Shown one piece after another: positions 38,542 through 48,540 of a stretch of 64,000 bases of DNA. The DNA comes from a virus (taxonomy: Duplodnaviria > Caudoviricetes), in the IMG/VR virus record IMGVR_UViG_3300050015_000990, positions 1,912-65,911 of that record, one strand, 5' to 3'. Below the pieces are notes generated by a model. The model did no database searches and was not told the DNA's origin. It worked only from the letters and a program-made list of their open reading frames with translations. Within the stretch, counting starts at the first letter, position 1; every line of letters starts with the position of its first letter. The translations under genes were made by a program, and so were the position numbers.

Positions 38542-40248
38542 TTATCCAGAAAAATCTTCATCAAGTTTTTCAACCGTTAAATCTGAAAAACCAGCATTTT
38601 TTGCAATTTCTATTTTATATGAAAAATATTCTACAGGGAGGGGAGAGTGATTTATAATAAAGATATTCATAGAAAGTTCTTTAGCAGTCTTTTGAAGAAT
38701 ACCAATAATGTCATAAATTCCATCACCATCTATAGAGGAAAGAACTTCATCAAGCATAAAAATATTCAAAGAAGGATATTTACGCTTAAGCATACGAATA
38801 ATTGATATAAGAACTGCTAAATCTACTCTTTTCTTTTCACCTGTAGATAATGTTTCTACACCTACTTCAATACCTAATTGATGCAATTGAGGTTCAAAAT
38901 CTGAGTTAAAGTGAAGTTCATAAGGAAAGTGAAGTTCATTAAGAGTGTATTCAATCTCCTTATTTAAAGTAGGAAGATAAGATTCTAGAATTTTTTTCTT
39001 TACTCCATTATCACTATATAAATCCCCGAGTATTGCCATATACTTATATTTGTCATCCAGCTCTACCTTTTCTTCTTCCTTTGTTTTAATAGTTTCGGAA
39101 TTTTTAGATATGATATTTTCAATACTCTGAAATTCCTTAGGCTTATCTGCTTTAAGCTTATCATATTCTTTTTGGAGAGTAGAAAATGCAGAACGAACTT
39201 GGACAATATATTCGTTAATCTTTCCAAGAGTTTCTTGAATTTTTACTAAAGCTTCATCATATTTTGATTCCCCAGCTGTAAGAATATCCAATTCACCTTT
39301 CTTTTTATGAATAAGCTCATCCAATTCCCCGCGAACAAGTTCAAATCTATTATCATTAAATGGGGTTTCACAAGTAGGACATTTATCATGATGATAAAGT
39401 TCAATTTTTTTATTTAATTCTTTAATAGAAGATTGCAGTTTACTTTTTTGATCTAAAAAAGCTCTCTGGGTTCTTCTTATTTCTTCTTGCTTAATTTGAT
39501 AAGTAGTTTGTTTTTTATAAGCATCCTCTAACTTTGGCTTAAACTCCGCCATTTTGGCCAATATAAATTCAATTTTTTTTGTATTATCTTCAGCTACTTC
39601 TTTTTTAAGATTTTCAAGTTCCCTTTCAGCTCCTTTTATAGCACTTTGAAGAGAAAGAATTTCTCTATCGAAAAGATCTATATTTATTTTAGCATCACGT
39701 AAATCCTTCCTAACAAGATCATTCATTCTATTAATAATTTCCATAGCAAAAAGCTTATCGATAATAATACGCTTATCACTTGGGGTCATTGAAATAAATG
39801 ACTTGAAATCATTAACAGACAAAGAAATAATATTAGAAAAAATATGATAGGGAAGACCCGTTACTTCAAGATCAATATAATCTTGATAGTTTTTAATCCC
39901 TGCTTTACCAATATCATTATCGTCATTAGGTTCTTCTCCAGCAAAATATTTCCATACTTTAAGATCCGATGGAGATATATTTCTTTCAATAGTTACAAGA
40001 GTTCCTGGCGAAGTTTCTACTTCCATCTTTATAAAACCATGTTTATTATTCCGGTTAGATATATCTTCTTTTTTGAATTTATCCATTCTACCATAAAAAG
40101 CTACTTTAGGAAGATTTATCAAAGTTGATTTTCCCGCTCCATTTTTTCCAAGAACCATCCACAATCCTCCTTCATCAGAAAATGTGAGATTCTGTAATTT
40201 GTTCCCAAAACTACCGATATTCCGAAATTCAATAGAATTTATGTGCAT
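38542..40248 (-). CDS. gp46: SbcC/Rad50-like recombination ATPase (T4 gp46-like)
   Basis: Walker A 'GKNGAGKST', zinc hook CPTC, signature 'LSTGEKKR', Walker B 'MLDE', 'INH'. Confidence 0.93.
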   Translation of the reverse strand: MHINSIEFRNIGSFGNKLQNLTFSDEGGLWMVLGKNGAGKSTLINLPKVAFYGRMDKFKKEDISNRNNKHGFIKMEVETSPGTLVTIERNISPSDLKVWKYFAGEEPNDDNDIGKAGIKNYQDYIDLEVTGLPYHIFSNIISLSVNDFKSFISMTPSDKRIIIDKLFAMEIINRMNDLVRKDLRDAKINIDLFDREILSLQSAIKGAERELENLKKEVAEDNTKKIEFILAKMAEFKPKLEDAYKKQTTYQIKQEEIRRTQRAFLDQKSKLQSSIKELNKKIELYHHDKCPTCETPFNDNRFELVRGELDELIHKKKGELDILTAGESKYDEALVKIQETLGKINEYIVQVRSAFSTLQKEYDKLKADKPKEFQSIENIISKNSETIKTKEEEKVELDDKYKYMAILGDLYSDNGVKKKILESYLPTLNKEIEYTLNELHFPYELHFNSDFEPQLHQLGIEVGVETLSTGEKKRVDLAVLISIIRMLKRKYPSLNIFMLDEVLSSIDGDGIYDIIGILQKTAKELSMNIFIINHSPLPVEYFSYKIEIAKNAGFSDLTVEKLDEDFSG

Positions 40249-40272
40249 TATTTATGAATTTAAATGTATGTA

Positions 40273-40299
40273 TTTTATAACAAAAAGATTAAAAGTTTT
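40273..40299 (-). promoter_or_regulatory. Candidate middle promoter AAAACT-N16-TAAAA
   Basis: Upstream of gp46. Confidence 0.55.
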
Positions 40300-40305
40300 A
40301 TAAAA

Positions 40306-40331
40306 AGAAAGGAGCGTTAACGCTCCTTTCT
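40306..40331. terminator. Perfect 26-bp palindrome, probable terminator
   Basis: AGAAAGGAGCGTT|AACGCTCCTTTCT, followed by a T-rich tract on the minus strand. Confidence 0.7.
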
Positions 40332-40389
40332 ATAACCTTATGAAGATAATTTTTTGATGTGTTGCTGGCTCTCAAAGAAAACCAGAGAG

Positions 40390-41256
40390 TTATAAAAATT
40401 TCTGTCCGCAATTTGGACAGAACTTATGAGAAGATTTTCTTCTCTTCATACCGCAACTTGTACAAAAAACTGCTAGGTCTTCACTAACAAGTGGTCTTTC
40501 AGAATCTGGAAGAATTTTCCATGTAGTTTTCCAAGTATGATAACTATTGAATGTTGTGTTATCATAAGCAAAAGATTGATTTGAACTGGATCCTTTTTCA
40601 ATTCTTCCTGTTTCTTTTACATCTCTAGAAAGTTTCTGAGAAATTCGCTGGGGATTAACGGAATCAAGAGAACATGACGACCAATTAAATGCATGTACTT
40701 CTCCTGATAAATTTTCGTTTGCTTCAAAACTCTTAGCATTATTATCCATTGTAAAAGAAGGGCTTGCATTCGGAACTTCTCCAGTATGATTATAATAAAT
40801 TCCTGGCTGATAAATACCTGGTTGGGTTACCCCAGGGTTCCACTGATAATCATTTCCCCCCGAATAAGTAACCGTATATGGGATTTGTTTAAATTCTTCA
40901 AAGAATTCAACTTCTACAAGTCCATTTAAACGAATTGCTTGTTCTACATTGGGATTATTTGCTTCAACCACATAAGTTTCAAATAGAAATTTCTTAGCTT
41001 CATCAAAATATCTCTCAAGAAATACTCTTTCTGCAGGACGCAAAATAATGCCTGAACCGAAAGATTTCCCGTTCAAATTAATTTTAGCTAAAACTTTACT
41101 GGTTGTTGGATTAAAGAGTTCTATTTCAAACTCATCGCCATTTTTAAGATAGACGGAGCCGTTACCGTATCCGCTAAGCTGTTTTACTCGTTGATGACCT
41201 TTGGTCACAAATGCTGTGGGTACAGTTACCCTTTGGGTGTAATAATTTACTGTCAT
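40390..41256 (-). CDS. Hypothetical protein with C-terminal zinc ribbon
   Basis: 'FCTSCG...KFCPNCG'; N-terminal beta domain 'EFEIELFNPT'. Confidence 0.75.
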   Translation of the reverse strand: MTVNYYTQRVTVPTAFVTKGHQRVKQLSGYGNGSVYLKNGDEFEIELFNPTTSKVLAKINLNGKSFGSGIILRPAERVFLERYFDEAKKFLFETYVVEANNPNVEQAIRLNGLVEVEFFEEFKQIPYTVTYSGGNDYQWNPGVTQPGIYQPGIYYNHTGEVPNASPSFTMDNNAKSFEANENLSGEVHAFNWSSCSLDSVNPQRISQKLSRDVKETGRIEKGSSSNQSFAYDNTTFNSYHTWKTTWKILPDSERPLVSEDLAVFCTSCGMKRRKSSHKFCPNCGQKFL

Positions 41257-41379
41257 TCCTTACGTTATTTTTATTTGAGGATTTATTTGTTGGTCTTTCC
41301 CCCAACTCAAATGTTCCTAAAGAACACTAAAGCCTCAATCACAAGGTTATATTTTATATATCACAAAAAGCAAAAAGTT

Positions 41380-42012
41380 TTACAAATTTCGTTCTTCATC
41401 TTTTAATTCTTTAAGCGTTTTATCATAAACTTCTATAATTGCTTTTATACCATTTTCATTTATTTCTCTAGTTCCAATTCCAGCATAATTTTTAGTTAAT
41501 ATCGGAGTATCAATTTCACTAAATAACCCTCCGTATATTATGCCAAATAAATTAGTATTTGTTTTCCAAATAAACCATTTATTTTTAACTTGATCAAAAA
41601 CATATGTTGGCTTATTGTGTTGAATAGCCATTTCAACCGCATATCCTGTACCTCCAGCAACTATTTCTTTTTTAGTTTTATTTACATATCCTTTTGGATC
41701 TATTCCTCCAGGAGCAACTATAACTCCAATAGCAAAGATAGCATCAGCATTTTTAACTTGAAACCAATTTCTGCCATGTAAATTATAGTATTTAGATATA
41801 TCAGGTCTCCCTAAAATCCCATAGGTTTTTTTAACTTCAATAATTCCTTCTTCTAATTCAATTTTAGATAATTCGGTATTACCGATAGGGGTTTTATTAC
41901 CACTCCAATAATGTTTATGATTTAAAAATCCTTTAGATTTACCAATAGAATCCCATTTACTATCTCCTCCTATTGCTCCTCCGGAATGATTTATATAATT
42001 ATCGAGATTCAT
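41380..42012 (-). CDS. SLOG/DprA-like superfamily protein
   Basis: 'HSGGAIGGD', 'RNWFQVKNADAIFA', 'GGTGYAVEMA...KP', 'AGIGTR'. Confidence 0.6.
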   Translation of the reverse strand: MNLDNYINHSGGAIGGDSKWDSIGKSKGFLNHKHYWSGNKTPIGNTELSKIELEEGIIEVKKTYGILGRPDISKYYNLHGRNWFQVKNADAIFAIGVIVAPGGIDPKGYVNKTKKEIVAGGTGYAVEMAIQHNKPTYVFDQVKNKWFIWKTNTNLFGIIYGGLFSEIDTPILTKNYAGIGTREINENGIKAIIEVYDKTLKELKDEERNL

Positions 42013-42340
42013 TTTTCCTATATTTTTCCATATCTTTAAACATAGTTCCACATTTCTTGCAAACAAAATATTCATCAATTATCCAAGAAGAATACCCAGG
42101 GCCATAAATACCATTATCGTCTCTTTTTTCAATATGATCTTTACTTGTAGATTTACAAGAAGGACATTTAATTATTCTACTTCGATCCCCTTCTTCTTTA
42201 CGAGTTTTTTCTTCGGCTTTTCTTTTTGCTTCGAGCTGCTTTTCATACCAATCTGGATCAATTTTTACAGGAGTAAATAGCCCTTTTTTTCGAAATTCCT
42301 CTTCTACTGATATTAATTTTGGTTTTTTTATTTTTCCCAT
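41999..42340 (-). CDS. Zinc-ribbon protein
   Basis: CPSC...CKKC. Confidence 0.65.
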   Translation of the reverse strand: MGKIKKPKLISVEEEFRKKGLFTPVKIDPDWYEKQLEAKRKAEEKTRKEEGDRSRIIKCPSCKSTSKDHIEKRDDNGIYGPGYSSWIIDEYFVCKKCGTMFKDMEKYRKNESR

Positions 42341-42813
42341 TGGGACAAAGTATTCATTACAATAAATAATGCTTCAGACATTTCTTCCAAAGAATCTGCA
42401 ATTGCCGTATCCGGTCTTGAAAGTTGAGTTTGTATTACTACATCCTGTTTTCTTTCATATTGAGGATCTACCCCAACAATAATTGGTCGATTTCCTGAAA
42501 GACCATATCTGCCAAGTTCTAAAAGAACAATAGGATTTAAAGATCCCCGAGCAAACCAAAATAAAAGTATATCTGCATTTAAGAGATGAATAAATTCCCA
42601 GGTAATTTGTGCTTCAGCAGCTTTTGGATCTCCTATTGGGAAATCTTTTCGTCGAGGATTATAAATTGTAAGTTTGGGAAGTTCTTTAATATCTTCTAAA
42701 AGAACTGATTGCCAATCAGGGCAATTCGTAATTCCGCCTGCTAAAAAGAGTTTAAAGTTTTCATTATTCTCAAGAGAATAAATTTCATTTGGTGCTTCAA
42801 TTATTAGTGCCAT
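42328..42813 (-). CDS. Nucleoside 2-deoxyribosyltransferase-like protein
   Basis: 'LFLAGGITNCPDWQ', 'YNPRR', 'QITWE..HL..AD', 'PIVLLELG'. Confidence 0.8.
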   Translation of the reverse strand: MALIIEAPNEIYSLENNENFKLFLAGGITNCPDWQSVLLEDIKELPKLTIYNPRRKDFPIGDPKAAEAQITWEFIHLLNADILLFWFARGSLNPIVLLELGRYGLSGNRPIIVGVDPQYERKQDVVIQTQLSRPDTAIADSLEEMSEALFIVMNTLSQWEK

Positions 42814-42816
42814 ATT

Positions 42817-43167
42817 TTAACTTTTTCTACTTAATTTTATTTTTCCCCCGCAAACCGGGCATTTATATTTTAACTTTTTTGCACATTCTTTACAAAAATA
42901 AGTTTCATTAACCATCCAACAATCCCATAATTCTTTCATGTGATGGAGTACTTTTAAAGGTTTTCCATAGCATTCAATAATATATTTCAGAGTAGGGGGT
43001 TCATTATTATATTGAGTATGCTTTCCAAAATGATAATGCTCGGTTTTTTTCCAAGCTTTTCCAGTACATTGATATTCATCATGATACTGCATATTATCAC
43101 CAAATCCAGACCAGAAAGCTAAATTCTTATTACATTTTTTACAATATACGTCGTGTGTGCTGTGCAT
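42817..43167 (-). CDS. Cys-rich zinc-binding protein
   Basis: CKKC, CKEC and CPVC motifs. Confidence 0.6.
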   Translation of the reverse strand: MHSTHDVYCKKCNKNLAFWSGFGDNMQYHDEYQCTGKAWKKTEHYHFGKHTQYNNEPPTLKYIIECYGKPLKVLHHMKELWDCWMVNETYFCKECAKKLKYKCPVCGGKIKLSRKS

Positions 43168-43308
43168 TATTGATTATCATTATAAACATATCCTGAATTG
43201 GGATTACCCCAGAATCCATGCCTCAAATCTTTTTCAATAGATTGAATAGAAGAGGAATAGCAAGTAGGAACATCCTCCTCTTGCATTTTTAGCTCTTTTT
43301 TTTCCTTT

Positions 43309-43680
43309 TTACTGAGCTTCGATTTTTGCAATTGCTTTGTTTTCATAAAGTTTAAAGGCTTGATCTTCATTTTCAAAACGAGCATCCATTTCATAAAGAA
43401 CATAAAGAGGTTCCGCAAGAGCTGTTGCTATTTGCTGAAGTTTCTCCGTATCGAGGGTTAAATCTAAATCCCCATACCAAATTTTTCCTCTGGATCTGGT
43501 GACAATATTTGCATTAAATACCACTTTATTATCCGGATATTTTTCTTTGTATCCGCTTTTGGATCCTGAGATCATTCTTCCCATCATAAATCCAAAATTA
43601 TCAAAAAGCTTATACATATCACCATCTGACATAAATTCGGATGGGAATGTAGGTAAGATTTTAATTTCATCTTTTTTCAT
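43309..43680 (-). CDS. Hypothetical protein
   Basis: Well-formed ORF ('GRMISGSKSGY', 'IWYGDLDLT'). Confidence 0.65.
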   Translation of the reverse strand: MKKDEIKILPTFPSEFMSDGDMYKLFDNFGFMMGRMISGSKSGYKEKYPDNKVVFNANIVTRSRGKIWYGDLDLTLDTEKLQQIATALAEPLYVLYEMDARFENEDQAFKLYENKAIAKIEAQ

Positions 43681-43822
43681 CGATTTGGTGGTTTAAATTT
43701 ATCATAAATAAATTCTATTTCAACTTGTCTTTTTTGATGGCATAGTTTCTCAAGTTTTCGTAAATCCTTTTTGGAGATAGATCCTCCTCCTTCATGAGTT
43801 GTACAAACCCTTATTTTTATTT

Positions 43823-44947
43823 TCATATTATATCAATTACTTCATTTTCTTTTTGAGCTTTCTCATAATATTCTCTATTTAAGAGCTTTAATTTAACTAA
43901 GAATTCCATTTGATGACCCAAATCATCGATAGATTTTTCAAGTAAGGAAATAATATCCTTAATCTCTTCTCCATCCATAAGCTCTCCAAATGTATCATCA
44001 AGCTTCTTCTTTTCACCAACTGTCTCTACCTTCTTATAGGCGCAACCCTCTAAAAGTTCTGTAAAACGAGTTAAATTAAATAAATGAATGTACTTATCTG
44101 GAACTATTATATCTGTATAATTATTCTCAAGGATCTTATGAGCTTTTTCTAAGGTCCATTCTATAAGATCTTCTAATAAAATTCTTTGGAAAATCGGAGA
44201 TGTTTTATTAGTAATAAATTCAATCTTATTTTCTTGAGGATAAAAAGTATAATATCCCTTCTTATTTCCTATATCACTTCTCTTTGTAGAATATGGGGAT
44301 CCCAAATAAAGGGAATCCCTTAATTCCTGTCTTTTATGAACGTGACCAGAGATAACTTTTTTAACCCCTTTAATTCCTCTTAATTTGGATCCTCTCGTGA
44401 TTTGTCTTCCGTTGTCATATTTTAAGCCCATTATATCTGCATGGGCAAAGATAAAATCGCAGGGATTTGATTTTCCAAACATTTCTTCTTTTTCAGGATT
44501 ACCTATCCAAGGAAGAACCAAAATCCTTGTTTTTCCGTTTGTAATAACAGCAGGTTGTTCGTAAATTTTAACATTTGGAATAAAGCGAAAAGCAGCTAAC
44601 GAATTAACATCTGTATCATGTTTTTTATAAATATCATGATTCCCAGTAAGCATATAGACGGGAATAATATCTGCAAGGTCAAAAACCAAATCTATAGATT
44701 TGTTCATAACATTAATATCCAATAGCTGTCTATTATCAAACCAGTCTCCTAGAATAAAAAGAATATCTCCTTCCTTTTTCGTTTCTTTTAAATAGAGAAT
44801 ATAAATTTTATAAAAAAAATCTAATTGGTTTTGAAGCCATTCGAGAGAGTTTGCTCTGACCCCAAAATGAAGGTCAGAGATAAGATAGATTTTATTATAT
44901 GTTATTTGTTCTGTAGGAACTTCATACTCAAATAATTCTACATCCAT
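43823..44947 (-). CDS. gp47: SbcD/Mre11-like nuclease (T4 gp47-like)
   Basis: 'SDLHFG', 'LGDWFD', 'GNHD', 'SGHVH', 'YLGSP'. Confidence 0.9.
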   Translation of the reverse strand: MDVELFEYEVPTEQITYNKIYLISDLHFGVRANSLEWLQNQLDFFYKIYILYLKETKKEGDILFILGDWFDNRQLLDINVMNKSIDLVFDLADIIPVYMLTGNHDIYKKHDTDVNSLAAFRFIPNVKIYEQPAVITNGKTRILVLPWIGNPEKEEMFGKSNPCDFIFAHADIMGLKYDNGRQITRGSKLRGIKGVKKVISGHVHKRQELRDSLYLGSPYSTKRSDIGNKKGYYTFYPQENKIEFITNKTSPIFQRILLEDLIEWTLEKAHKILENNYTDIIVPDKYIHLFNLTRFTELLEGCAYKKVETVGEKKKLDDTFGELMDGEEIKDIISLLEKSIDDLGHQMEFLVKLKLLNREYYEKAQKENEVIDII

Positions 44948-44976
44948 AAGTCGTTATAAGTAGATTTTTGTAAATA

Positions 44977-45004
44977 TTATAGAACAAAAAAGACCAAGAG
45001 TTTT
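44977..45004 (-). promoter_or_regulatory. Candidate middle promoter AAAACT-N17-TATAA within a terminator hairpin
   Basis: Upstream of gp47; hairpin AAAAAAGACCAAGAG/CTTTTGGCCTTTTTT. Confidence 0.6.
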
Positions 45005-45037
45005 TTATTCTTTTGGCCTTTTTTAAAATTAATTAGG

Positions 45038-45406
45038 TTAAGCTTCTTTCCGCCAAACCTTATGTCTTATCTCTACCAGATTTTGTAATTCTTTTAATGA
45101 AACTTCAACATTTCCCAAATTAGTCTTAAAAATTACAATTTCATTTTTCTGATTGTAATTATTAATTGAAAAATCCTCTTCTAATTCTAGATCTTTTACT
45201 TCTTTATAATTCAATCCCAGTTTCTTTAAAAGAAATTCATCTAAAATCATCGGATCAATTGACTCGTTGGATAACTCTTCAGTATCTTCTTCAGAAACTT
45301 GAACTTTAGTAATAAGATTTATTCCTCCAAACATATTCATCTGAAATTCAGTCCAACTAGAATCTTCTTCACTAGGATAATTTTCAAAAATTTTATTAGC
45401 TTTCAT
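45038..45406 (-). CDS. Hypothetical acidic protein with MKAxKIFE leader
   Basis: The leader resembles the first half of the FERG-family leaders. Confidence 0.6.
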   Translation of the reverse strand: MKANKIFENYPSEEDSSWTEFQMNMFGGINLITKVQVSEEDTEELSNESIDPMILDEFLLKKLGLNYKEVKDLELEEDFSINNYNQKNEIVIFKTNLGNVEVSLKELQNLVEIRHKVWRKEA

Positions 45407-45408
45407 TT

Positions 45409-45780
45409 CTAAATATAAATTATTAATTCATCTTCATTAGATTCTTCTAAATCAAATAAATAAGTTCCTTCTGGAATTTTTTGATGTACCTTAAAATTAA
45501 TAACTGTAGATCCCGGTCGTTTTTTATAAGTTAAACCTACATAAGATAAAATAGGTTTTTTAAAAGAAAGAATGTTTTTTTCTTCATTATACTTAATGAT
45601 AAAATCCTCATTATTATTAAACCAATCAGGATAATTTGTTATTTTTATTTCGGATCCACTTGAAGTACTATGTTTTACCTGGTTTTTATAGTTAAAACTT
45701 TGAGTTAAGTGTTCATAATGAGATATAATAATTTTACTTTGCTCTAAAGTTTTAGATCCCTGGATTAATTTTGCTCTCAT
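45409..45780 (-). CDS. Hypothetical protein
   Basis: MRAKLIQG start. Confidence 0.55.
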   Translation of the reverse strand: MRAKLIQGSKTLEQSKIIISHYEHLTQSFNYKNQVKHSTSSGSEIKITNYPDWFNNNEDFIIKYNEEKNILSFKKPILSYVGLTYKKRPGSTVINFKVHQKIPEGTYLFDLEESNEDELIIYI

Positions 45781-45798
45781 AGTTTTTATTTATTTATT

Positions 45799-46248
45799 CT
45801 AAAAGAGTTTTCGAGTTTTAATTTTGTTTTTAACTTTTCCTTTTTCAGAAAGCTCTTTAAGCAATCCTTCTTTATCAAGAACACCTATTTCTGCATACAA
45901 TTGATCATAATTAACTTGAAAGAATTCTGCAAAACTAATAAAAATTTGCATACCTGAATAACTTTTACTTTTATTTAGTTCTCCCTTAAAATAATAATAC
46001 ATTTTAGACATATCTCCTTTATCAACTCTTTTGGGATTTTTATATTTTAAATAAAAAGGAGAATTTTGAAATAGTTTATAAAGGTCCTCATCTAATCTTT
46101 TTTCAGTTCTAACATCAATAAGATTATCTGAGAGCTGATCATCATATAAAGATGAAATTCTATCATCGATTTTCATTGGAGCCGTAAATGCTTCATAATC
46201 AATATCCCCGGTATTGTAAGAATTATTGAGGATTTTATCTTCTCTCAT
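45799..46248 (-). CDS. Hypothetical protein
   Basis: ORF directly downstream of the helicase. Confidence 0.6.
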   Translation of the reverse strand: MREDKILNNSYNTGDIDYEAFTAPMKIDDRISSLYDDQLSDNLIDVRTEKRLDEDLYKLFQNSPFYLKYKNPKRVDKGDMSKMYYYFKGELNKSKSYSGMQIFISFAEFFQVNYDQLYAEIGVLDKEGLLKELSEKGKVKNKIKTRKLF

Positions 46249-46306
46249 GGCTTAATTGTATTAAAATTTTCATATTATAAAAAAAATATCGTTTTGATAC
46301 TATTTA

Positions 46307-47815
46307 TTAAAATAGCATCGCTGCGGTTTGTACAGTTTCTTCTGGCTCCCCAGTTAAACTTAATTCCTGATTTGGATTTGGATAATTACTTATTTTAGCA
46401 GCAATTATACTTTCTCCAGATGGAAAATTATCTGGTCCATTTCCTTTAAAATTGCTGGTAGATCCTCTCTTTTGATATTTATTATTAACAGTATGAGCCA
46501 TAATATATTCCATGTCTTCAATCTGACTGTTGGGATCCTCTTCGATGCGAGAATATTTTCTATCGAAGGTATACAATTTTCGTGTATTTTCCATTCCTGA
46601 AACCCTATCAGCTAAATATTTCAAATAATTTAACCCTTGAGCTTTCATTACTGGATTAGTGACAATACCAAATAAACCATCAACAGTATGCAATAAAGCT
46701 GCAGATTCAGATACATTTGAAATTGATAAGTCTGATGTATCCCAGCCCCCACGATTTGTTTGAGTAGCTGTAATAATAGCCCAGTTTTCTTCTTGAGCAA
46801 TAGCACGTAAGTCTTCACTGATTTGTTTAATCTTCATGTAAAGGTTCTCAGTGTTAGGATTACGCCAGTTCTTCATAATGTTAATATAATCAACAAAAAC
46901 ATTTTCAAATTTGTATCCCAATATTTCTTGAGCTTTTACAAGGTAGGCACGAAGGTCGGTGGTTCCCATTGTTGAAGAAGGGAATTCTTGAATGTGGAAT
47001 TTTCCAAGTGGTTTAAAAGCGGTTGATTGTAACTGATTGAGTTTTGTTCTCATCCGATCAGTATCTTTGGTAGCTTCCTTATATTCATCCATAGGAATTG
47101 AAAGCATATTACTTCCAATACGCATGGCTATAATTTCTTTTTGAAGTTCAACAGTTATGTAAGCAGTATTGAATCCATTATAAACAGAATGAGCTGCTAG
47201 GTTACCAAGCCAAGTTGACTTACCGCATTTTGGGCCAGACAAGAATACAAATAAAGCTCCTTTCCACCATCCACCATCAAGACATTTGTCAATAAATGGA
47301 TAACCAGTTGGTGTTGTAGCTAATCGATCCTGCTTATGAGACATCGGATCGAAGAAGTCATTACCAATTTTAAAAGAAAAATCAATAGCTGTTTCTGTGG
47401 AAAGCATATGTCGAACTTTCTCGACAACTTCTGCTGTATTTTCAACAGTTAATGTAGAGGTTTTGAGGAATGCAACGGATTTTCTCATAACGTATTCCAG
47501 ATTCTTCATTCGAATCCAGGGACCCACGTTTTCTTCAAGCCAGTCCGGAGTATAATTTAAAAGTTCAACTTTCGTATTGTAAAGAGCGATAATAACATCT
47601 TCACTTATTTTATCCGAAACACCCTTAATACGAACTAATTCCCATAGTTGTTCTTTTGATGGGGGTCCTAAATATTTAAGAGAATGATCCTTAGCTATTT
47701 CAAACAACTCTCTTATATTAGGATTTGAAAAGAATTCTTGTTTGCATACATTAAGAAATATTGGATTCCCTAAAATATAGTGAAAAAATATAGTTTCTTG
47801 ATAAGCACCTATCAT
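46307..47815 (-). CDS. gp41: Replicative DnaB-like helicase (T4 gp41-like)
   Basis: 'PTGYPFIDKCLDGG', Walker A 'GPKCGKS', 'VDYINIM', 'ATQTNRGG', 'SES'. Confidence 0.92.
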   Translation of the reverse strand: MIGAYQETIFFHYILGNPIFLNVCKQEFFSNPNIRELFEIAKDHSLKYLGPPSKEQLWELVRIKGVSDKISEDVIIALYNTKVELLNYTPDWLEENVGPWIRMKNLEYVMRKSVAFLKTSTLTVENTAEVVEKVRHMLSTETAIDFSFKIGNDFFDPMSHKQDRLATTPTGYPFIDKCLDGGWWKGALFVFLSGPKCGKSTWLGNLAAHSVYNGFNTAYITVELQKEIIAMRIGSNMLSIPMDEYKEATKDTDRMRTKLNQLQSTAFKPLGKFHIQEFPSSTMGTTDLRAYLVKAQEILGYKFENVFVDYINIMKNWRNPNTENLYMKIKQISEDLRAIAQEENWAIITATQTNRGGWDTSDLSISNVSESAALLHTVDGLFGIVTNPVMKAQGLNYLKYLADRVSGMENTRKLYTFDRKYSRIEEDPNSQIEDMEYIMAHTVNNKYQKRGSTSNFKGNGPDNFPSGESIIAAKISNYPNPNQELSLTGEPEETVQTAAMLF

Positions 47816-47818
47816 ATT

Positions 47819-48277
47819 TTACTGATTATTTTTAAAAGCATCTGTTTCTTTTGGAACAATATCAAAAGAAATAATTTTATAATTCACGACTTCTTTATTT
47901 TCATTTACCTCGCCGGTTCCTCTTGGCCTTACTACAAAAAAAGTTGTAAATTTTGTCATATCATTCTTGATTAAACCCAAAAGTTTATGACCATTAGGTG
48001 TATCAAGAATTTCGAGAGTCCCTTCTATAGCGTGTGATTCGGGATTGATATGAATTTCTTTAATTTTATGCGAAACATCACCTAATTTTCCTTTGAAATC
48101 CTCAGCTTCGGGATATCCTAGTTGTCCTACCATTGGAAATCTGTGATCTAGTTCTTCAAATTGTTTTACAATGTCTTCAGCACACTCTTTGGTGTACATT
48201 CTACCATTTTCATTGACGGTATCGTAATAAATAAATTTTCCTTTTAGATTCATTTTTTCAAATTTTTTCATTGCCAT
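47819..48277 (-). CDS. T4 gp21-like prohead protease paralog, catalytic residues substituted
   Basis: 'NENGRMY', 'GQLGYP', 'VSHKI', 'ILDTPNG', 'RPRGTG', 'ISFDIV'. Confidence 0.75.
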   Translation of the reverse strand: MAMKKFEKMNLKGKFIYYDTVNENGRMYTKECAEDIVKQFEELDHRFPMVGQLGYPEAEDFKGKLGDVSHKIKEIHINPESHAIEGTLEILDTPNGHKLLGLIKNDMTKFTTFFVVRPRGTGEVNENKEVVNYKIISFDIVPKETDAFKNNQ

Positions 48278-48540
48278 GGGTGTTTTAATAAATGATATTT
48301 AGTCCATCCTTTATGCTCTATGTAGCCTAAATCCTGTAGTTTTGATAAATCATCTTCAAGATTTTCTCCAATACGACATCGAGTTTTTAGACTCACTTCA
48401 TATTTAATAAAGTCTTCTTCTAATCGTGATTCTTTTTCTAAGAAGTTTACTATTTCAAAAAGAAGATCCTCATGAGTAGGTTCATCAACAATACCGAGAA
48501 GATTTTTTATCTTTATTTTCTTTTTATTGATTCCTTTCAT
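48268..48540 (-). CDS. Hypothetical protein, winged-helix-like
   Basis: 'LSKLQDLGYIE' resembles a wHTH C-terminus. Confidence 0.45.
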   Translation of the reverse strand: MKGINKKKIKIKNLLGIVDEPTHEDLLFEIVNFLEKESRLEEDFIKYEVSLKTRCRIGENLEDDLSKLQDLGYIEHKGWTKYHLLKHPWQ

